A stretch of 50,621 nucleotides of DNA from Anaerolineales bacterium (GTDB lineage: Bacteria; Chloroflexota; Anaerolineae; Anaerolineales; JABWBV01): NCBI GenBank assembly GCA_013359445.1, contig JABWBV010000001.1:1-50621 (forward strand), read 5' to 3'. Positions 43,164-50,621 of the stretch are shown here, in pieces (the stretch's first letter is position 1; every line of letters starts with the position of its first letter). The notes beneath the pieces were generated by a model that searched no databases, had not been told where the DNA came from, and saw nothing but the letters and a program-made list of their open reading frames with translations. The translations under genes and the position numbers were made by a program.

Positions 43164-44006
43164 TCAAGAGATCACCTCGGCCAACCTCTCCACCTGCTCC
43201 ACCTCCCCCCCCGAAGTCGGAAACAACACCAACTCATCACACCCCGCATCCGCGTACCCCCGCGCAAACGACACAATACTCTGCGGCGTGGTCAACAACC
43301 CCTGTGCGATCCGCTCCGCGAACGAACCCGTAAACGCGTAATAATCCCGCAAGTAATTCCGCCCCGCCTCCGCGACCGCCTCCCCGCCCAACGCAAAATA
43401 CGCCATCCCCACCAGACGGGGTTTGCCGGGACGCCCGTAATCTTCCCACGCCGCCCGCGCCTTCGCGGCCATCCGGGCGAAAATGTGGACGGGGCCACCA
43501 TTGTGCATGTACCCGTCCGCGTACCGCGCCACCCGCCCAAACGTCACATCCGTCAGCCCGCCGACGATGAGTTCGGGAGGAGTAGAGGTGTGGGGGCCGA
43601 TATTTTCATTATCCCACTGCGTGCGGAGGTCGAGCAGTTGTTCGGTGAGGCGTTTGCCCCGCGTGTGATAGGGGGTGCCGGTGGCGGAATAATCATCTTC
43701 CCGCGCCCCGAGCGCAATCCCAAGCGTGAACCGTCCCCCCGACAGCGCGTGGATGCTGGACGCCGCCTTCCCCAACAACACCGTATTTCGCAGGGGGCCG
43801 ATGACGATCATCGTCGCCAGCCGGACGCGGTGCGTGATTGCCGCCGCGGCCGCGAGGGTGGTCAGCGGGTCGTAGCTGTCGTACACCACCCGATCCAGCA
43901 CTGCCACGCTCGAAAACGGCCCCGCGTCCGCGCGGCGCATCCAGTCGAGGAGCGTTTCGCCGGGGAGGTTGGAAACTGTGTTGGGAAGACCGAGACCGAT
44001 GTCCAT
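43164..44006 (-). CDS. LLM-class (luciferase-like) F420/flavin-dependent oxidoreductase
   Basis: 280 aa. N-terminal MDIGLGLP..LDW..AD..GF.S.. and the overall LLM pattern. Confidence 0.75.
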   Translation of the reverse strand: MDIGLGLPNTVSNLPGETLLDWMRRADAGPFSSVAVLDRVVYDSYDPLTTLAAAAAITHRVRLATMIVIGPLRNTVLLGKAASSIHALSGGRFTLGIALGAREDDYSATGTPYHTRGKRLTEQLLDLRTQWDNENIGPHTSTPPELIVGGLTDVTFGRVARYADGYMHNGGPVHIFARMAAKARAAWEDYGRPGKPRLVGMAYFALGGEAVAEAGRNYLRDYYAFTGSFAERIAQGLLTTPQSIVSFARGYADAGCDELVLFPTSGGEVEQVERLAEVIS

Positions 44007-44036
44007 GGAATACTCCTGAATTTAGAAACATTTCAA

Positions 44037-44105
44037 CACAAAGGACACAAAGGCACACGAAGGAAACATTAACTAAACCCTTTGTGCCCCTTCGTGTCCT
44101 TGGTG
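44037..44105. repeat. imperfect 27-bp inverted repeat built from CACAAAGG/CACGAAGG words
   Basis: CACAAAGGACACAAAGGCACACGAAGG (44037-44063) versus CCTTTGTGCCCCTTCGTGTCCTTGGTG (44079-44105). 22 of 27 positions pair; 15-nt loop. Confidence 0.7.
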
Positions 44106-44323
44106 GTAAAAATATCCAATTGCAATCGTGTTAGCCGGAAACTCTATTTTATACCGCTTTTTCCTCTGCAAGCTATAATTTCTCAAAAATTCCAAAAATA
44201 CCGTCTTTCCCCGCATCCTTCGACTGCGCTGGACAGAAAACCATTCAAGACTTAGGTTTTCACCGCTCCGCTCAGGATGCTCTCGTTACACCTCGTTCTA
44301 CGCTCTACGTTCTACGTTCCCCT

Positions 44324-45676
44324 ATGAAAACCACCCCCCTCCTCACCCCTTCCCAGGCCGCCGCGCTCGTCAAAAATGGCGACACCCTCATGGCGGGCGG
44401 CTTTGGCATGACCGGCAACCCTGTCCACCTCCTCCACGCCCTCGCCGAAACCGGCACCCGCGACCTCACCTTCATCGGCAACAACGTCGGCGAACCGGGG
44501 CTGGGCGGCGGGCGGATGCTCCGCAACGGGCAAATCCGCAAGGCCATCGGCTCCTTCTTCACCAGCAACCCGGAGGCGGTGCAGGCCGCGCAAGCCGGGC
44601 AGATCGAATTTCAACTGCTCCCGCAAGGCTCGTTGGCGGAGGCCATCCGCGCGGGGGGCGCGGGGCTGGGCGGATTCTACACCCCGACCGGGGCGGGCAC
44701 CGTCCTCGCACAGGGGGAAACCCGCGAAATCAACGGCAAACTGCACGTCTTCGTCCCCGCGCTCCGGGCCAACGTTGCGTTCGTCCGCGCGTGGATGGCC
44801 GATACCGCGGGGAATCTCGTCTATCGGATGACGGAACAGAACTTCAACCGCGCGATTGCCACTGCCGCCGACCTCGTCATCGCCGAAGTGGAACACCTCG
44901 TCCCCGTCGGTGCCCTTGATCCCAATCAGATTCACACCCCTGGCCTGTACGTGGACTACCTCGTGCAAGCCCACACCACCCCCGAAGAACTCGGCTCCTC
45001 CGCCTCAATGGACACCGGAGCCAAAAAAGTAGACGACACCCGGATGAACATCGTCCGCCGCGCGCTCGCCGAACTCAAGCGGGGGGACGTGGTCAACCTG
45101 GGCGTCGGCATCCCCACCCTCGTCGCCGACCTGATCACGCCCGAGGACGGAATCATTCTGCACACGGAAAACGGCATGGTCGGGGTTGGGCCATCGCCGG
45201 AGGCTGGGGGGGCGATGGATTTTCCGGTCAACGCGGGCAAAATCCCCGTCACCGCGCTCCCCGGCAGTAGTTATTTCGATAGCGCCGATTCCTTTGCCAT
45301 GATCCGGGGCGGGCATGTGGATGTGGCGATCATGGGCGGCCTGCAAGTGGACGAACGCGCCAACCTGGCGAACTGGGCTGTCCCCGGCAAACCCCTCCTC
45401 GGCGTCGGCGGGGCGATGGACCTGGCATCCGGGGCGAAACGGTTGATCATTACGATGACGCACACAGATAATCAGGGCCGCGCCAAGATCGTGCCCGAAT
45501 GTACGCTCCCGCTCACGGCGCTTGGCGCGGTGAGTCTGGTGATTACGGATTTAGCTGTGTTTGGATTTGTGGAGGGGCGGTTGAGGTTGTTGGAGTTGAT
45601 GCCAGGGGCGACATTGGAGGAGGTGAGGGAAAAGACGACGGCGAGTTACCAACTACCCCCCGCCCCGAACGGATAG
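44324..45676 (+). CDS. 3-oxoacid CoA-transferase, fused A and B subunits
   Basis: N-terminal [11 protein letters not shown] (subunit A). The C-terminal half carries [12 protein letters not shown] (active-site Glu motif of subunit B). Confidence 0.8.
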   Translation: MKTTPLLTPSQAAALVKNGDTLMAGGFGMTGNPVHLLHALAETGTRDLTFIGNNVGEPGLGGGRMLRNGQIRKAIGSFFTSNPEAVQAAQAGQIEFQLLPQGSLAEAIRAGGAGLGGFYTPTGAGTVLAQGETREINGKLHVFVPALRANVAFVRAWMADTAGNLVYRMTEQNFNRAIATAADLVIAEVEHLVPVGALDPNQIHTPGLYVDYLVQAHTTPEELGSSASMDTGAKKVDDTRMNIVRRALAELKRGDVVNLGVGIPTLVADLITPEDGIILHTENGMVGVGPSPEAGGAMDFPVNAGKIPVTALPGSSYFDSADSFAMIRGGHVDVAIMGGLQVDERANLANWAVPGKPLLGVGGAMDLASGAKRLIITMTHTDNQGRAKIVPECTLPLTALGAVSLVITDLAVFGFVEGRLRLLELMPGATLEEVREKTTASYQLPPAPNG

Positions 45677-47490
45677 AGCGGGTTTTCAGAATCGTAGGGC
45701 ACATCCGCTTTTTGATTCCGCACGGCCTCCATGGAAGAGGGGAGTTCAAATGGGAGTTTGCCCTCGGGTTTTGCACGACCAAAGATCACGTCCAACACAG
45801 CAACATCGCTGGCGCCGAAGTCGGCGAGCAAAGCTCTTGCGCCTGCGCTGATTTCGGGGATGACGGCGGGACGGTCGAGGTAGAGGACGACGAGGGTGGG
45901 GACTTCTGCAAGGAGGGCGAGGATTTCGGCTTTTTCGTCGCCTTTGAAGTCCAGATCGCCGTGGTGGAAGCCGCGGGCGAAGGAGTTTTTCGTCTCGACG
46001 GGAGTCCAGGGGGTTTTCAAGCGCAGGAGGGCGAAGTCGGCCTCGGCAGGGGTGGGGACGAGGTCGGCGTATTCGGCGGCGACGGTGGGGTCTACGTTTT
46101 TGAGGTAGAGTTTGGGGCGGCCTTGGAGGGGAAGGGTCGCGTGGTCGTTTTTGAGGAGGGTCATTGCCCGTTTTTGGGAATCTGCGCCCGCGGCGACTAC
46201 GGCGGGGTCGCCCAAGATTTTGGAGACTTGGGTTTCGTCTACGAAGGGGTTGTCGAACAGACCGAGTTGGAATTTCAGCTTGAGCAAACGGCGCACGGAT
46301 TGGTCCAGGCGTTCTTCGGACAGGCGCCCGGTTTGGATGAGTTCGAGGACGAATTCGGGGTGGCTTTCGCCGCCGAATTGATCTACGCCTGCGTCGAGGA
46401 CTTTCAGCACCCGTTCGGGTTCGGAGAGATGTTCGACGCCCCACGCCCGCGCGGGCCAGGTGAAATCGGGCGTGCGGAGATCGGTGATCAGCCCCCAGTC
46501 GGTGCACACGACGCCATCAAACTTGTATTTTTCCCGGAGCAGGGTGGTGATGATGGTTTTGTTGTATGACATGCCGACGTTTTCGTCGGTTTGATCCATC
46601 GGGACGCCGTAGTAGGGCATGATGGCGGCGGTGTTGGCGGCGAAGGCGGCCTCGAAGGGGATTAGGTGGTAGTCGAAGTTGTGGCCGGGGTAGACCTGGC
46701 CTTTGTGGAATTCAAAGTGGGAGTCGAGGCCTTCGTTTTGCGGGCCGCCACCGGGGAAGTGTTTGGTCATGCAGGCGACGCTGTGCGAGCCGAGGGTTTC
46801 GCCTTGAAAGCCTTCGATGTAGGCGGTGGTGAGTTTGGCGGTGAGGTGGGCGTCTTCGCTGAACGTGCCGCTGATGCGGGGCCAGCGGGGTTCGGTGGCG
46901 AGGTCAATCTGCGGGTGCAGGGCGACACGGATGCCGACGGCGAGGTATTCGCGCCGGACGAGATCGGCGAATTGTTTGACGAGGGCAGGGTCGCCAATGG
47001 CGGCAAAGCCAGGGGTTTCGCACCACTGGGAGAATTCGGTGGCGGCCATGGCGAAGATGTTGTGGGTGAAGTGGTTGCGCGGGTCGGAGGCGATGGTGAT
47101 GGGGATGCCGAGACGGGTCTGTTCGGCGTAGCGTTGGAGGTGGTTGTGCCAGGTGGCAACGGCTTGCGCGCTGGGAATTCCCCAGAGGTTGAAGTGGTTC
47201 ATTTTCTGGGCGTCAATCTGGTGAACGGCAACGCGGCCAAAACCGGGCGCGCCCGGTTGCTCTTCGATGGTGCCATCGGCGTTGACGACGGAGCCGTTGA
47301 TGAAGAGTAGGCCAGCTTTTTCTTCGAGAGTCATCTGGCGGAGGAGGTCTTCGACGCGGGCGTCAATGGGTTGGCGCGGGTCTTCGTAAATGTCGAGCTT
47401 GCCGTTTTTGTTGAGGTCGCGGTAGGGGGTACCGTTTTCGGTTTGGAGGAGGGAGGTGTGGGTGAGGAGGGTTTCGTGAGCGGTGGGCAT
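45646..47490 (-). CDS. glycoside hydrolase family 3 (beta-glucosidase/BglX-like)
   Basis: KHFPGGGPQ and the GVVCTDW nucleophile region. ATG at 47490 (MPTAHE..). The 3' end overlaps the convergent CoA-transferase gene by 31 nt. Confidence 0.8.
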   Translation of the reverse strand: MPTAHETLLTHTSLLQTENGTPYRDLNKNGKLDIYEDPRQPIDARVEDLLRQMTLEEKAGLLFINGSVVNADGTIEEQPGAPGFGRVAVHQIDAQKMNHFNLWGIPSAQAVATWHNHLQRYAEQTRLGIPITIASDPRNHFTHNIFAMAATEFSQWCETPGFAAIGDPALVKQFADLVRREYLAVGIRVALHPQIDLATEPRWPRISGTFSEDAHLTAKLTTAYIEGFQGETLGSHSVACMTKHFPGGGPQNEGLDSHFEFHKGQVYPGHNFDYHLIPFEAAFAANTAAIMPYYGVPMDQTDENVGMSYNKTIITTLLREKYKFDGVVCTDWGLITDLRTPDFTWPARAWGVEHLSEPERVLKVLDAGVDQFGGESHPEFVLELIQTGRLSEERLDQSVRRLLKLKFQLGLFDNPFVDETQVSKILGDPAVVAAGADSQKRAMTLLKNDHATLPLQGRPKLYLKNVDPTVAAEYADLVPTPAEADFALLRLKTPWTPVETKNSFARGFHHGDLDFKGDEKAEILALLAEVPTLVVLYLDRPAVIPEISAGARALLADFGASDVAVLDVIFGRAKPEGKLPFELPSSMEAVRNQKADVPYDSENPLYPFGAGGSW

Positions 47491-47750
47491 GGGGGACTCC
47501 GGGGAGGGGAAATCAGATTCTATAAGTGTATTGCATCTGGACTTAGGGGGTGTAAAAGGATAAGGCCGCGTTTTCTGCTCGCCCCGGATTGCCAAATCCG
47601 GGCCTCCCTCCCGGCCGGATTGTCGGCAAGGTGCCGCGCAATCCCGCCGGAGCGATCTACGAAATTATTCTTTTACAAGCCCTTAGCATAATAATCGTTT
47701 TATGGTTGGTACTTGCGGGTTTTTCAGATGTGTTTTCTTGGTTTAGGAGG

Positions 47751-48446
47751 TTACGAAGGAAGATCGTGCCATCTGCCAAGCCCGGTTTCATTGATCTTTT
47801 TAAGGGTTCCTACATTCAATTTTCCTGTTCGATTTAACGTGATTTCTGGTTCTTGAAAATCCTTTTGCGTACTTTCTCGCCCAATTGCTAACGCAGAGGC
47901 TTCAAAGCCTAGTAGTAACACCGGAACATCCTTATCCATGGCTCCCCGTACTTTTAAATCCCAAACCACTTGCTCAAAAGAACCAATCCCAGAAGAAAGA
48001 TGAGGAAGCATGGAACTCATGGGGCAAACTTCGATCCCGCAATCTATCACGCCCAGGTTTCTGAAGATCACCATTTTGGCGACGATGTCGTAAGTCAGGA
48101 AAGCATATTTGCCAATTTGGATTTCAACGCCTAATTTTTCCTTAACGAAATCCATTTCTCGATACCCATCCCGATTTGGATCATGGGTTTGAATGCGAGG
48201 TTTCAGGTCCCATTCACGATTGTAAAAGTGAAAATCAAACAGGGCATTAAGGTGGGGTGGGCTATAAAAATGGGTCGCCCCAATGCGTTTAAGCTTATGG
48301 GCCTCTCTGCCTTCAGGTTTTTTCAAACGACAACTTTCGGCATCAATTTGCGAAATAATTTCTTCCACTTCTTTGAGTAAGTGGGGATAATGCGCTTGAA
48401 TGTATTCTTCACCACCGTTGAAAGAGTATCTACCTGCAATGATCAT
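47751..48446 (-). CDS. BglII/BstYI-like type II restriction endonuclease
   Basis: EMDFVKEKLGVEIQIGKY gives D-X8-E-X-Q, the same spacing as BglII catalytic residues D84/E93/Q95. 231 aa versus about 223 aa for BglII. ATGA overlap with the upstream HTH gene. Confidence 0.65.
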   Translation of the reverse strand: MIIAGRYSFNGGEEYIQAHYPHLLKEVEEIISQIDAESCRLKKPEGREAHKLKRIGATHFYSPPHLNALFDFHFYNREWDLKPRIQTHDPNRDGYREMDFVKEKLGVEIQIGKYAFLTYDIVAKMVIFRNLGVIDCGIEVCPMSSMLPHLSSGIGSFEQVVWDLKVRGAMDKDVPVLLLGFEASALAIGRESTQKDFQEPEITLNRTGKLNVGTLKKINETGLGRWHDLPS

Positions 48447-48688
48447 GGTGTGTTATCCTCGCCTTCCAATAACCAACCTGGTTTAATTTGCAGAGCTTTT
48501 GCGAGCTTGACCACCTCAATATCTGTCACTTGCCGAATCCCTGACTCAATTTTTGCTACTCCCCCCCGATCAATTTGCCAATCCAATAATTGAAGTTGGG
48601 TCGCCAACTCAATTTGGGTAAGTTTCGGTTTTCGTAAACTTCTTGCCAGGCGGACGCGGTTGCCAACAATGTTCTGCATGGGGATCAT
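48443..48688 (-). CDS. XRE-family HTH protein, likely R-M controller (C) protein
   Basis: 81 aa; the LTQIELATQL..ESG HTH pattern. Located immediately upstream of, and coupled to, the endonuclease gene and divergent from the methyltransferase. Confidence 0.65.
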   Translation of the reverse strand: MIPMQNIVGNRVRLARSLRKPKLTQIELATQLQLLDWQIDRGGVAKIESGIRQVTDIEVVKLAKALQIKPGWLLEGEDNTP

Positions 48689-48754
48689 TTTAGTAGAAAC
48701 GCAATCAGATTTTGTTCCGCTGGCGGATCATGTGTGTGGTAAAATTCTTTCGTT

Positions 48755-49711
48755 ATGAACATTCGTGAACAATTAAAACTATTCGCTTTTGAAGAAGAAA
48801 AACAGGCTTCTGTGATCGCATCTGAGTATTCCCCTTCTGCTCCTGTGACCTTATTTCACGGAGATCGCCTGGATTTGCTCGCGCAAATCAAAAAGTCGGG
48901 GGACAAGGCCGAATTGATCGTGACTTCCCCTCCCTATAACATCGGGAAAGAGTACGAAGCAACCAAGTCTCTCGATGAATACATTGAAGATCAAAAGAAA
49001 ACCATCGCGGCAAGTGTAGAGATTCTTAGCGATACAGGGAGTATCTGCTGGCAAGTCGGGCACTACATTGAAGGTTCGGGAAAAACCAAAGAAGCCTTTC
49101 CGCTGGATTTGGTGCTGTATCCGGTGTTCAAAAGTTTTGGGTTGAAACTCAAAAACCGCATCATGTGGTATTTTGGGCATGGTCTCCATGAAAACGTGCG
49201 CTTTTCAGGGCGGCACGAGACCATTCTCTGGTTCACGAAAGATGTGAATAACTACACCTTTAATCTCGATCCCATTCGTATCCCCCAAAAATATCCGGGG
49301 AAACGCCACTATCGCGGCAATCGTGTTGGAGAAATCTCCGGCAACCCCATGGGAAAAAATCCCACCGATGTTTGGGATATGCCCAATGTGAAATCCAACC
49401 ACATTGAAAAAACCGACCATCCCTGCCAGTTTCCGGTGGCCCTGGTCGAACGGTTGGTACTCAGTCTGACGAATGAGGGGGATTTGGTGGTAGACCCTTA
49501 TTTGGGGGCTGGCACTGCCGCGGCCGCGGCAGTACTTCATAACCGCAGAGCTGCAGGGGCGGATATTTTTTATGAGTATCTCGAAATTGCGAAAGAACGG
49601 GTGATTAAAGCATCGCTTGGGGAACTGAAAACTCGTCCGCTCGACAAGCCCGTTTATGAGCCAAATGGGAATTCAAAATTGACGCAAATACCGGAAGAAT
49701 GGAAGAAATAG
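48755..49711 (+). CDS. DNA methyltransferase, beta-class, SPPY motif (probably N4-cytosine)
   Basis: Motif IV VTSPPYN precedes motif I DPYLGAGT. 318 aa. Confidence 0.8.
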   Translation: MNIREQLKLFAFEEEKQASVIASEYSPSAPVTLFHGDRLDLLAQIKKSGDKAELIVTSPPYNIGKEYEATKSLDEYIEDQKKTIAASVEILSDTGSICWQVGHYIEGSGKTKEAFPLDLVLYPVFKSFGLKLKNRIMWYFGHGLHENVRFSGRHETILWFTKDVNNYTFNLDPIRIPQKYPGKRHYRGNRVGEISGNPMGKNPTDVWDMPNVKSNHIEKTDHPCQFPVALVERLVLSLTNEGDLVVDPYLGAGTAAAAAVLHNRRAAGADIFYEYLEIAKERVIKASLGELKTRPLDKPVYEPNGNSKLTQIPEEWKK

Positions 49712-49746
49712 AAACCCGCCCTCGGAAATTTCCGAGGGCGGGTTTC
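49711..49746. terminator. perfect 18+18 palindrome, likely bidirectional terminator
   Basis: GAAACCCGCCCTCGGAAA/TTTCCGAGGGCGGGTTTC starts at the last base of the methyltransferase stop codon and is followed by tatt. Confidence 0.65.
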
Positions 49747-49816
49747 TATTCAAAGTCTGACTGAAAACGTTCAGGATTTTTTATGCCAAATTTTTAGCAA
49801 CTAAATGGATTGTTTA

Positions 49817-50575
49817 TTAATCCAATGGGCAAATCCTGAGATCTTCATACTTTGCTTGTAGCCCTTCGGTAGAATCAGTATAAACACCTGATCGTATGGA
49901 AATGATGCCACTTTCAAGTTCCTTGGGTAAATCAATATTTACTACAAATTCATTATTAACAAATACCAAAAGAATTTTTTCTATCGCAAATATCTCAATA
50001 TCGTTATATTCATTAAATTCTATTGCCAGATTTGGTATTTCCGCAAAATGAGACCAATCATTAACATCATTTCCTTCTACATCATATTCATTTAAGTCCA
50101 CATACAAATACCTATCCTCTGTAAATGTGATCGCAATAGCCGATTTTCCTATATTATCCCTAATATAAAACCTAAAGCTCCAACCACCATCTTGTTGACC
50201 AATCGGGTTAAACAACCTTGCTGAAATTATTAAGTTCAATTCATTTACATCGTAAATTCGCTTGATCTCACCACCAGTAATTAATGAGCCACTTTCTGGC
50301 CCATAACATAAAGTCCCTTTTGCTTGGAACGCAGTTGCAGTTGCAATGGCAACTTCAGTGGTTGTAGAAGGAGACGGTGTAAGAGTATTAGTTACAATTG
50401 GTTTAACCGTTTCACTGGGAGAAGGGGTATCCGTATAAGTTGGGGGAGGAGTTTCTGTACTGATTGGTTCTGGGCTATGTATTATTGTAGGTATTGGTGA
50501 TGCGGTAGCAATAGGTTGGGACGTAGGGCAATCGCATGTAGTTATGTGGCAGACAAGACTTTCAGGAGATAATCT
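49817..50575 (-). pseudogene. open frame of 252 codons (PT-rich linker plus beta-rich C-terminal domain) with no ATG/GTG/TTG before 50239; possibly a 5'-truncated gene
   Basis: Hand translation upstream of the ORF-track TTG start continues without stops to 50575 (..CDCPTSQPIATASPIPT..TPPPTYTDTPSPSETVKPIV..GTLCYGPESGSLITGGEIKRIYDVNEL-NLIISARLF..). Confidence 0.4.
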
Positions 50576-50621
50576 TCATTCCAGCCTGCTTGTAACCGCT
50601 TGGCTTTGATGCCGCCCTTGG
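50542..50621 (-). mobile_element. 3' end of a transposase-like gene (ISAs1/IS4-like C-terminal tail) entering from the right edge
   Basis: Minus-strand frame gives ..KGGIKAKRLQAGWNEDYLLKVLSAT*. A K/R-rich stretch followed by AGW(N/D)xDYLxxxL is how I remember ISAs1-type transposases ending. Only 25 codons are visible. Confidence 0.35.

Noticed and set aside
44205-44285. GCATCCT..AGGATGC flanked segment (ccttcgactgcgctgg .. ccgctccgctcaggatgc) as a REP or mobile element.
   Set aside because: Only 7 bp pair, and the rest does not form a stem. The resemblance to dispersed repeats I recall from other genomes is too vague to support a call.
47583-47650. GC-rich stem-loops (CCCGGATT-gcca-AATCCGGG; CCGGCCGGATTG..CAATCCCGCCGG) at the border of the right-hand AT-rich block, considered as a tRNA fragment or att site.
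   Set aside because: There is no T-loop (GTTCRANYC) or acceptor/CCA features, no tRNA cloverleaf can be drawn, and no integrase is nearby. It is probably part of the GH3 upstream region or a local structure.
48689-48754. C-box operator for the controller protein.
   Set aside because: I looked for the usual pair of inverted repeats (GACT..AGTC-like) and found only a short CCGC-ca-GCGG palindrome. That is not enough to annotate a site.
1-50621. rRNA, tRNA, tmRNA, known riboswitch classes, prophage or integrase genes.
   Set aside because: Scanning both strands of all spacers longer than 50 nt by eye found no conserved cores (no GTTCGAATC-type T-loops and no riboswitch consensus blocks I recognise) and no recombinase-like ORFs. 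A covariance-model scan would be needed to exclude small RNAs.

Overview
High-GC bacterial chromosomal segment. Gene content and protein architectures resemble Chloroflexota, but the taxon cannot be proven from this window. There are about 50 genes, mostly on the minus strand, and I found no rRNA, tRNA or CRISPR array.

Left third (1-11 kb) is housekeeping: a UDG-fold glycosylase plus endonuclease IV, the pgpH-ybeY-dgkA string, yqeY, a Nudix hydrolase, a fused 2-oxoacid dehydrogenase E1 alpha/beta, a DMT transporter and a sugar phosphotransferase.

Middle (11-22.6 kb) is a secreted-nuclease locus followed by an AlgI/AlgJ-type O-acetylation pair. The nuclease locus holds a 1792-aa ExeM/NucH-like protein, two paralogous lipoproteins and a second EEP nuclease.

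Right half (24.5-47.5 kb) is a CoA-dependent aromatic-acid catabolic cluster: aryl-CoA ligase, acyl-CoA dehydrogenase, RidA, enoyl-CoA hydratase, SDR, a fused FAD-monooxygenase/OYE reductase of the 2-aminobenzoyl-CoA or salicylyl-CoA type, and a CoA-transferase. A PLP decarboxylase, an LLM oxidoreductase and a GH3 glycosidase sit alongside it.

This right half is repeatedly interrupted by visibly AT-rich insertions:
- two type II R-M systems; the second is BglII-like with a C protein
- a MazEF / TIGR02391 / nucleotidyltransferase islet
- an orphan histidine kinase
- a small lipoprotein gene
- a 4.5-kb four-gene operon (small coiled-coil ORF, DUF4338/DruA-like, NurA, HerA)

The four-gene operon is my top candidate for an undescribed defence system.

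Intergenic spacers carry a family of short word-repeat and hairpin elements, and one GC-rich palindrome appears to sit in frame inside the E1 gene.

All calls come from reading the translations and sequence by eye. Start codons are best guesses, and every family assignment needs confirmation by profile search.
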